Assembly (NCBI GenBank): GCA_934229535.1 | Contig: CAKQDS010000014.1 | Coordinates: 10,199-34,198, forward strand | Origin: an uncultured Anaeroplasmataceae bacterium | Lineage (GTDB): Bacteria > Bacillota_I > Bacilli_A > Acholeplasmatales > Anaeroplasmataceae | DNA: 24,000 nucleotides | Direction: 5' to 3' | In this document: positions 17,460 through 24,000 of the stretch, piece after piece | Layout of the letters: every line of letters begins with the position of its first letter | Numbering within the stretch: the stretch's first letter is position 1 | The notes under the pieces: model-generated | What the model was told of the DNA's origin: nothing | Databases searched by the model: none | Seen by the model: only the letters and a program-made list of their open reading frames with translations | Position numbers and translations under genes: made by a program

Positions 17460-18029
17460 ATGAAAAAAATATATTTAATAATAGGTGTATTTTTATCAAT
17501 TTTGTTATTAAATAGCTGTAGTTATACAGTTAAATGCTATAGCTATGATGAATCAAATTATCTTATATTTCATAATGCTAAATCAAATGGTAGCATTGGA
17601 GATCGTTGTGAGGGAAGTATCTATTTTGAAATTAATAATCGATTAGATTTTTTATCACAATTTGATCAAAGTAATAAAGTTGAAGATCATTATTTTGTAA
17701 ATAATAATGGCTATTGGTATAGAATTGATGTTTCTGATAAAATGGCTCAGATTTCGTCAATGTGTACTCATATAGAAAATGGACCAACATTTTCATTTCC
17801 TAAATATCAAAGTGGTATAGAGGATGGCAGTGTTATTTCCTATGATTCGATGGAAATGAAAATTGATTCATTTACTAGCTTAAAGGAGTTTTATAAGAAC
17901 TTTAATAAGGCAACTATTAATGCTGATGAAATAATTATAAAAGAAACGGACAGTTTAGAAATTAAATATACTGTAACATTAACTGATGCTACAGATGGAG
18001 TGAAAATTAATTTTGTTTTGAATAAATAG
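17460..18029 (+). CDS. Lipoprotein of unknown function
   Basis: Signal peptide MKKIYLIIGVFLSILLLNSC with a lipobox-like LNSC. No recognisable domain. Confidence 0.6.
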   Translation: MKKIYLIIGVFLSILLLNSCSYTVKCYSYDESNYLIFHNAKSNGSIGDRCEGSIYFEINNRLDFLSQFDQSNKVEDHYFVNNNGYWYRIDVSDKMAQISSMCTHIENGPTFSFPKYQSGIEDGSVISYDSMEMKIDSFTSLKEFYKNFNKATINADEIIIKETDSLEIKYTVTLTDATDGVKINFVLNK

Positions 18030-18038
18030 GTTTAGTAG

Positions 18039-18070
18039 AAAGAGATTTTAAAAAAATGAATCTCTTTTTT
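18039..18070 (+). terminator. Rho-independent terminator candidate
   Basis: AAAGAGATT (18039-18047) / AATCTCTTT (18059-18067) with an 11-nt loop, running into a T tract. Confidence 0.5.
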
Positions 18071-18099
18071 GATATTTAATAATGTAAATTTATGGGAAT

Positions 18100-18128
18100 T
18101 TCTTTAAATTCTTTAATTAATTCTTTAA
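18100..18128 (+). repeat. Three direct copies of TTCTTTAA in the promoter region of the MutS-like operon
   Basis: Copies at 18100-18107, 18109-18116 and 18121-18128. The last two are AATTCTTTAA. Confidence 0.8.
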
Positions 18129-18131
18129 ACA

Positions 18132-18140
18132 TGATATAAT
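18132..18140 (+). promoter_or_regulatory. Extended -10 promoter candidate for the MutS-like operon
   Basis: TGaTATAAT at 18132-18140. GAGG RBS at 18157-18160 and ATG at 18169. Confidence 0.45.
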
Positions 18141-18168
18141 TGAAAAAAGATGAGATGAGGATATTTAT

Positions 18169-19695
18169 ATGTATAGTATTATATTTAAGAATGAATATAA
18201 ATTAAATAATAATGAATGCTCTTTTTTTAAGGATTTAAATTTAAATGCAATTATTGATGCTATTACAAGACAGGTTAAGGATGAAGATTTAAAGCCTATT
18301 TTTTATACATTATTAAATAATGATGAGGATATTAATTATCGTCTTGATGTTTTTAAGGACTTAAAGAATGAGGATTTACGTGTAGCACTTGCTTCGTTTG
18401 CTAATAAGATGTCACATATAATTAAAGAGCATCGTAAGCTGACCTCAATTGAAAAAGCTAATTATGCAGATAAAGCAATTTTACTTGATTTGATTGCTGA
18501 TTATATTGAGATTGTTAATAAATTAAATAATGATTTAAAGAATTTAGCTTATGATGCATTTGCAATAAAGGAATTACATAAATATATCAGTGATTTGATT
18601 GAGGGAAATTTCTTTAAATCAATGGAAGCTGATTTAAAAAATATATATGAAAATGTCGGAAAGATTGATTTTAATTTATTTTTGAATGAAGGCTTTATCT
18701 ATGTTTTAAAGCCTAGCTTCACGGAAACTGATTTTTCTTTAGAAATTAATGATTTATTAAAGCCATTAATTGATGAGGAAGAGCCGATAAATATTAAAAA
18801 ACAAAATAAGAGCTTATCAATTGGTATCAAGAAGAGCATGCTAAAGATAATTAGTGATATGTATCCTGATACATTTAAAATAATTGATTCATTCTTTAAT
18901 AATTATTTTAATTTTATTGATGAAGCTTTAATGAATTTTCCACGTGAATTTTTCTTTTACACTGCTTATTTAAATTTCATGGATAGGATTAAAAATTTAG
19001 GTCTCAATTTTTGTATACCTATGGTTAGTACTACTAATAAGGAATATGAGGTTAATGATTGTTATGACATTGCTTTAGCATATAGCTTTTTATATACTGA
19101 TCGTCAAATGGTTTTAAATAGCTTTTATTTACGTGATGAAGAGCGTACAATTGTTATTTCGGGACCTAACCAGGGTGGAAAGACAACATTTGCTAGAATG
19201 TTTGGTCAATTAAATTATTTAGCTACTATAGGTGTTCCTGTACCAGGAACTAAAGCAAAGCTATTTGCTCCTGATATGATTTATACTCATTTTGAGGTTG
19301 AAGAAAATGTTATTAAGGCATCTGGTAAGCTTAATTTAGAGCTTGAAAGATTATATGAAATTACTACTAATATGACATCAAGAAGTGTTATTATTTTAAA
19401 TGAAATATTTTCATCAACATCAATTGCTGATGGTATAGTACTTGGTAAGAAATTTTTGGATTCATTGTTAGAGGTAGACGCTATTTGTGTTTTTGTAACC
19501 TTCCTAGATGAATTATCTAAATATAATAAAACAATTGTTTCAATGGTTTCAACTGTTATTCCAAGTAGTCCTGAGCTTAGAACCTTAAAGATTATAAGAG
19601 AAGAATCAAATGGTTTAGCTTACGCAATGGCTATTGCTAAAAAATACTCCTTGGATTATTTGGATATAAAAAGGAGGATAAATCATGAAGATTAA
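18169..19695 (+). CDS. MutS-family protein A (core plus ABC-type ATPase domain only; no mismatch-binding, Smr or nuclease domain)
   Basis: Walker A ISGPNQGGKTTFARMFGQ (nt 19162-19185), YTHF, signature-like SGKLNLELERL and Walker-B-like VIILNEIFSSTS are laid out as in MutS domain V. The N-terminal INYRLDVFKDLKNEDLR resembles the MutS core domain. 508 aa, versus about 850 for MutS1. Confidence 0.8.
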   Translation: MYSIIFKNEYKLNNNECSFFKDLNLNAIIDAITRQVKDEDLKPIFYTLLNNDEDINYRLDVFKDLKNEDLRVALASFANKMSHIIKEHRKLTSIEKANYADKAILLDLIADYIEIVNKLNNDLKNLAYDAFAIKELHKYISDLIEGNFFKSMEADLKNIYENVGKIDFNLFLNEGFIYVLKPSFTETDFSLEINDLLKPLIDEEEPINIKKQNKSLSIGIKKSMLKIISDMYPDTFKIIDSFFNNYFNFIDEALMNFPREFFFYTAYLNFMDRIKNLGLNFCIPMVSTTNKEYEVNDCYDIALAYSFLYTDRQMVLNSFYLRDEERTIVISGPNQGGKTTFARMFGQLNYLATIGVPVPGTKAKLFAPDMIYTHFEVEENVIKASGKLNLELERLYEITTNMTSRSVIILNEIFSSTSIADGIVLGKKFLDSLLEVDAICVFVTFLDELSKYNKTIVSMVSTVIPSSPELRTLKIIREESNGLAYAMAIAKKYSLDYLDIKRRINHED

Positions 19696-21157
19696 TCTTT
19701 TATATGAAAATAAGGAAGCTTTGTTTCCTAAATTAACCAAAATTGAAGAGGATACCTGGAAGGATTTAGGTTTAGAGGTTATATTTACTAAAATGGTAAA
19801 TGGTAATAAGTTTTTGTATGATAATTTAAAGCCAGCTTTAATGCATATGGAAAGAGATAGTAATGTTATTTATTACCGACAGGAAATATTAAAGGATGTA
19901 ATCGCAAATAAGGATATATCATATGACCTATTTTCAATGATTGATGCTTTGGATAATGAGGTTAAAACTAATTATTCTGGTATCTTTGAGCAATCAACTA
20001 GTGCAGTTGTTTCCTCTAGTATGTATTTATTGGAATTAACACTTAAAAAAATAGAGGATATTACAATATTTTTAAATACTAATAAAGATGCTTATAAGAG
20101 TAAAGGTATGAAAAGCTTTGTTAGTAGGTTTATTAGCTTATATAAGCCTTCATTTCTTGAAAATGTTTTAGATAAGATTAAATATTTACGCTTTGAGGAA
20201 GGAACAATGCTTAAGGCTAATCTTAATGAAAGTCTTGATCCTACTAATATTAAGCTATGTAAGTATGATAAAAATTTTAAATCAAAGATGAAGGTTAAGC
20301 TTGCAAAAAAGTTGGAAATAAAAGCAATGGATGAAGCAGCTAATAAAGAGTTTTTGAGATTGTGTGATTTTGGAGTTTCAGATATATATGAGACGATGTA
20401 TTATGTTTGTAGCTCGGTTTTAAAGTTTATTAGTGGCTTTAGATTAGAATTTGGTTTTTATATTGCTGGAATGAATTTATATTATCGTATTAATAATGAA
20501 TTAAAGCTTTGTTATCCTTTAATATCTAATACTATAGATGAGCTTGAATATAAAAATGTTTGTGATATATCATTATGTCTTGTAAAAAAGGAAAAGGTCA
20601 TTGGTAATGATTTAGATAATACCTTGAATAAAATCTTTATTATAACTGGTGCAAATCAGGGTGGAAAATCAACATTTTTAAGAAGCATTGGTCAAAATTT
20701 TATTTTGGCACAGGCTGGTCTTTTTGTTGCGGCTGACTATTTTAAGCTATATCCTATTGATGGTGTTTATACGCATTTTAATCGTGAGGAGGATTCTTCA
20801 ATGCAAAGTGGTAGACTTGATGAGGAGCTTAAGAGAATGGATTTTATAGTATCAAATATAAAAACTAATTCACTTATTTTATTTAACGAATCATTTTCTT
20901 CAACTAATGAAATTGAAGGCTCTAAAATTGCTTATGATATAATTAAAGCTCTAAGTGAAGAGGGAATAAAGGTATTCTTTGTTACGCATATGTATAAGCT
21001 ATCATGTCTAGTTAATGATTTTTATCATAATGAGGCTATCTTCTTTAACGCTACAAGAAATGATGATGGAAGTAGAAATTATCATTTAAAGCTTCAATTA
21101 CCAGAGCGTAGTAGCTATGCAATGGATTTATATAATAAAATATTTAGTAATAATTAA
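19685..21157 (+). CDS. MutS-family protein B (paralogue of A; core plus ATPase domain only)
   Basis: Walker A ITGANQGGKSTFLRSIGQ (nt 20648-20671), YTHF, SGRLDEELKRM, LILFNESFSSTN and FFVTHMYKL. Strong AAGGAGG RBS at 19671-19677. Overlaps gene A by 11 nt. Confidence 0.8.
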   Translation: MKINLLYENKEALFPKLTKIEEDTWKDLGLEVIFTKMVNGNKFLYDNLKPALMHMERDSNVIYYRQEILKDVIANKDISYDLFSMIDALDNEVKTNYSGIFEQSTSAVVSSSMYLLELTLKKIEDITIFLNTNKDAYKSKGMKSFVSRFISLYKPSFLENVLDKIKYLRFEEGTMLKANLNESLDPTNIKLCKYDKNFKSKMKVKLAKKLEIKAMDEAANKEFLRLCDFGVSDIYETMYYVCSSVLKFISGFRLEFGFYIAGMNLYYRINNELKLCYPLISNTIDELEYKNVCDISLCLVKKEKVIGNDLDNTLNKIFIITGANQGGKSTFLRSIGQNFILAQAGLFVAADYFKLYPIDGVYTHFNREEDSSMQSGRLDEELKRMDFIVSNIKTNSLILFNESFSSTNEIEGSKIAYDIIKALSEEGIKVFFVTHMYKLSCLVNDFYHNEAIFFNATRNDDGSRNYHLKLQLPERSSYAMDLYNKIFSNN

Positions 21158-21205
21158 CAGCATATTAAATAAAATTAAATTAAGAATATAGATGAGGTTG
21201 ATATA

Positions 21206-21955
21206 ATGAAAAAAATTTTTTTCTTGCCCTTATTTATATTCTTATTTTTATTTAGTATTAAGGCTAAGGCTTTATCAATAAATTATGGAATAGCTAAAAC
21301 AAAGGATGGTAATAGACCTTATCCAGGTGATAATATGCATAATTTAATCGTTAATAATAATGGTTATTATATAGCTGCTGATACTAAAGATATTTATTTA
21401 ACATTTGATTGTGGCTATGAAAATGGTTATACGAGAGGTATCTTAAAAACCTTAAGAGAAGAAAATGTTAAGGCAATATTTTTTATTACTGGGCATTATT
21501 TAAAAAGTGCTACAAATATAGTAGAAGAAATGATTAATGATGGTCATATTATAGGAAACCATTCAAGTAATCATAAAAATTTTAGTAAGATACCTAGCGA
21601 AATGATGCTTAAGGAAATAAGAAGCCTTGAGGATGATTATTATTCTTTGTTTAATAAAAAGCTAAGTAGCTTTGTAAGACCTCCAGAGGGCTCAATAAAT
21701 GATACTAATGCTAAGGCATTAAAGGATAATGGCTATATATCATTATACTGGTCACTTGCTTATGTGGATTGGTATAAGGATAAATATTATAATAATCATT
21801 ATAGCTATAATAATGTTATTCCTAGACTACATAATGGCGCAATTATTTTAATGCATACAGTTTCTAAGGATAATATGATGGATTTAAAGGATATTATCGT
21901 TGAAGCAAGGAATCAGGGCTATCATTTTAATAGTGTCGATAAAATAACCTTATAG
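21206..21955 (+). CDS. pdaA: Delta-lactam-biosynthetic de-N-acetylase (polysaccharide deacetylase, spore cortex)
   Basis: YLTFDCGYENGYT, FFITGHY, DGHIIGNHSSNH, VRPPEG, WSLAYVDW and GAIILMHTVS closely follow B. subtilis PdaA motifs. An N-terminal signal peptide is present. Confidence 0.88.
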   Translation: MKKIFFLPLFIFLFLFSIKAKALSINYGIAKTKDGNRPYPGDNMHNLIVNNNGYYIAADTKDIYLTFDCGYENGYTRGILKTLREENVKAIFFITGHYLKSATNIVEEMINDGHIIGNHSSNHKNFSKIPSEMMLKEIRSLEDDYYSLFNKKLSSFVRPPEGSINDTNAKALKDNGYISLYWSLAYVDWYKDKYYNNHYSYNNVIPRLHNGAIILMHTVSKDNMMDLKDIIVEARNQGYHFNSVDKITL

Positions 21956-21958
21956 CAT

Positions 21959-21990
21959 AAAAAAAAAGCTGTTTTAGCAGCTTTTTTTGT
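21959..21990. terminator. Bidirectional Rho-independent terminator between convergent pdaA and the NDK-like gene
   Basis: Perfect 11-bp inverted repeat AAAAAAAGCTG (21961-21971) / CAGCTTTTTTT (21978-21988) with loop TTTTAG. The stop codon of the minus-strand gene lies in the loop. Confidence 0.8.
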
Positions 21991-22417
21991 CTTCTAAATA
22001 GCAAAATAATGCAAGCTCACGCTGAGTATCTAGCTCTAGCATTTGATTTCCTACCTTAGTTCTACTTGAGCAGTGAAGAATATTACGCATCACATCAGTA
22101 TTTAGATTATATTTTTCCTTAAGAGTTGTACGAAGCTCCTCAACAGTATTTCTGCATACAGTTACGGCATCTTTACCTTCTAGTATCATGCCATAAGCAT
22201 AATCACTAACTAAATAATCTACTAGTTCCTTGAAATAGGGCTTTATTTGCTTTTCAATATAATGAAGTCTTGCACATTCCTCATCATATTTTATTTTTGA
22301 TTCATTTATAACCCTCATTCCCTTATTTTCTAAAGCCTTTTTTGTATTATTAATAATTTCTTTATTAACAAAACCGGGCTTAATCATAACATAACATAAT
22401 TCTTTATCTACAATCAT
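21974..22417 (-). CDS. Divergent nucleoside-diphosphate-kinase-like protein
   Basis: YVMIKPGFV (NDK MVKPDGV), HY, YFKELVDYLVS......MILEGKDAV and RNILHCSS (NDK NxxHGSD, His retained). GAGGTG RBS at 22426-22431 on the minus strand. 147 aa. Confidence 0.6.
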   Translation of the reverse strand: MIVDKELCYVMIKPGFVNKEIINNTKKALENKGMRVINESKIKYDEECARLHYIEKQIKPYFKELVDYLVSDYAYGMILEGKDAVTVCRNTVEELRTTLKEKYNLNTDVMRNILHCSSRTKVGNQMLELDTQRELALFCYLEDKKSC

Positions 22418-22486
22418 TTATTTAACACCTCAATATTATTATAAATCATTTTTTAAAATATGCAAACGTTTTAGTAAGTAAAATAG

Positions 22487-22515
22487 TTAGTTTTAAAACT
22501 AAATTGTGATATAAT
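22487..22515 (+). promoter_or_regulatory. MarR operator-like palindrome overlapping an extended -10 promoter
   Basis: Perfect 16-bp palindrome TTAGTTTTAAAACTAA (22487-22502), then TGaTATAAT (22507-22515). The ATG at 22522 lies 6 nt after the -10 box. Confidence 0.55.
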
Positions 22516-22521
22516 CTAATT

Positions 22522-22971
22522 ATGAAAGAAGAAGATATGATGAATGAAAAGCCAATAGGTTATCGTTTAAATGAAAGTGCAAGATTATTTAATGAACTTG
22601 TTAAAAAACAAATGACCTCAAGAGGAATCAGTAGAACCTATTTTCAAATATTAAAATATTTAGAGATTCATAATGACGAAGAAATCACTCAAAGAAATAT
22701 TTGTGATTTTTTAATGATGAAGCCATCAACTATTTCAATTACATTACAAGGTATGGAAAATGAAGGCTTAATTAAACGAAATAAGGATGAAAATGATTCG
22801 AGAAAGATGATTATTAAATTAACTGATTTTGGCAGACAAAAATCAAAAGATTTTAAAAGTGTTTTTAAGGCCTGTGATGATATTTTATTAAGTGCAATTT
22901 CAAAAGAAGAGGAAAGACTTTTATATGAGATATTGGATAAATTAAATGTGAAAATGGATGGTGAAATATAA
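22522..22971 (+). CDS. MarR-family transcriptional regulator
   Basis: A 149-aa winged-helix protein: FQILKYLEIHNDEEITQRNICDFLMMKPSTISITLQGMENEGLIKRNKDENDSRKMIIKLTDFG is the MarR wHTH plus wing. The start could instead be one of the internal Met codons (22537 or 22540). Confidence 0.85.
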   Translation: MKEEDMMNEKPIGYRLNESARLFNELVKKQMTSRGISRTYFQILKYLEIHNDEEITQRNICDFLMMKPSTISITLQGMENEGLIKRNKDENDSRKMIIKLTDFGRQKSKDFKSVFKACDDILLSAISKEEERLLYEILDKLNVKMDGEI

Positions 22972-24000
22972 TGCTTAAGCTATTAAGATATTTAAAAAAA
23001 TATTGGTATTTTGCAATTTTAGCTCCTTTATTTATGATAGTTGAGGTAGGAATGGATATGCTTCTTACTATGTATATGTCAAAGATGATAAATTATGGAG
23101 TTCAAACTGGCAATATGGATAAAATTATAAGCTATGGTTTAATGATGCTGTTAATTGTATTTGTTGGTGTAGCAGGAGGAATTTTATCAGGAGTTTTTAC
23201 AAATCTTGCGGGATTTAATTTTTCTAATGATTTACGTAAGGATGTATTTAAAAAAATAATGAGCTTTTCAGAAAGTCAAACTGATTATTTTCAAACGGGT
23301 TCATTGGTAACAAGAGTTACCAATGATATTACGCAAATTCAAAATATGATTTCAATGTGTTTAAGAGGCCTTGTGAGAGCTTTAAGCTTCTTTGTAATGG
23401 GTATATTCTTTACATTAAAAATCTCTTCACAATTTGGGGTTGTATTGTTAGTTATTTTACCAATTGAGATAATTTTATTATTAATTTTTATTAAATTGGT
23501 ATTCCCAATATTTAGAGTTATTCAATCAAAGCTTGACCGTGTTAATACTGTTGTTTTGGAAAATACCAATGGTGCTCGCGTTGTTAAGGCTTTCTCTAAA
23601 GAGGAATATGAATATAATAGATTTAAGAATGCCAATGATGATTATACTAAAACTAATTTATATGTAAGTAAAATATCTTCATTAATAAATCCTCTTTTAA
23701 CCTTAATTGTAAATGCTGGACAAATTGTATTATATTATATTGGCGGTAAAAAAATTATTGAATTTTATAGTAATTTTACTGGAGTTGAAACACCAACTAT
23801 TTTAATTGGTGATATTACAGCTGCAATCTCCTATATTGCGATGATTTGTATGTCAATAATAATGCTTGGAATGATGTTTACTAGTTTAGCTAAGGCTTTT
23901 GCATCTGCTGATAGAATAAATGAAATATTGGATACTAAGCCTGATCAAGAGTTTGGTGATTTAAATTTAGATGATCTACACTCTCAGGGAATTGTTGAAT
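22971..24000 (+). CDS. ABC exporter, fused permease/ATPase type (N-terminal transmembrane domain only; 3'-truncated by the window)
   Basis: Absent from the ORF track because there is no stop codon in the window. The ATG at 22971 overlaps the marR stop (TAATG). My translation MLKLLRYLKKYWYFAILAPLFMIVEVGMDMLL...GSLVTRVTNDITQIQN...NGARVVKAFSKEEYE...ASADRINEIL is a typical type I ABC exporter TMD. Confidence 0.88.
   Translation, partial: MLKLLRYLKKYWYFAILAPLFMIVEVGMDMLLTMYMSKMINYGVQTGNMDKIISYGLMMLLIVFVGVAGGILSGVFTNLAGFNFSNDLRKDVFKKIMSFSESQTDYFQTGSLVTRVTNDITQIQNMISMCLRGLVRALSFFVMGIFFTLKISSQFGVVLLVILPIEIILLLIFIKLVFPIFRVIQSKLDRVNTVVLENTNGARVVKAFSKEEYEYNRFKNANDDYTKTNLYVSKISSLINPLLTLIVNAGQIVLYYIGGKKIIEFYSNFTGVETPTILIGDITAAISYIAMICMSIIMLGMMFTSLAKAFASADRINEILDTKPDQEFGDLNLDDLHSQGIVE

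Noticed and set aside
18169-21157. The MutS-like pair as the canonical mutS-mutL mismatch-repair operon
   Set aside because: Both proteins are about 500 aa with MutS-type Walker A and domain V motifs. Neither has a MutL GHKL ATPase motif or the MutS mismatch-binding N-terminal domain.
1-24000. Search for CRISPR arrays, tRNA/rRNA genes, IS elements, integrases and prophage genes
   Set aside because: There are no regularly spaced repeats, no cloverleaf-capable or rRNA-like stretches in the short intergenic regions, and no transposase- or integrase-like ORFs in any frame of the track.

Overview
AT-rich chromosome segment using the standard genetic code (TGA is a stop at 5802-5804; Trp is TGG). 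It comes from a low-GC Gram-positive endospore former (Bacillota), judged from the sporulation genes ytfI/ytfJ and pdaA and the ytxK-ackA pair. All genes but one are on the + strand, and I saw no rRNA, tRNA, CRISPR array, transposase or integrase. The window has three blocks. (1) Bases 1-9843 are a tightly packed Wzx/Wzy-type surface-polysaccharide locus: wzy-like polymerase, GT2, rfbF, rfbG, a ThDP enzyme, an SDR, a hexapeptide acetyltransferase, wzx and an acyltransferase-3. Its codon dialect differs from the rest of the window. (2) Bases 9865-17400 hold a Wzz-like co-polymerase with its own consensus promoter, then ytfI-ytfJ plus a lipoprotein. Next comes a self-contained two-gene cassette (APH(3')-family kinase plus a 545-aa protein with two TM helices and a Nudix-like C-terminus), followed by ytxK-ackA. 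(3) Bases 17460-24000 hold a lipoprotein, a translationally coupled pair of truncated MutS-family ATPases, pdaA, a divergent NDK-like gene on the minus strand, and a marR-ABC exporter operon that runs off the window. The best candidates for an undescribed system are the MutS-like pair (18169-21157) and the kinase/membrane-Nudix cassette (12631-15056). A predicted CDP-linked C-branched sugar pathway (2109-6730) is also notable. All functional calls rest on motif recognition by eye, with no database search, so they need HMM or structure confirmation.
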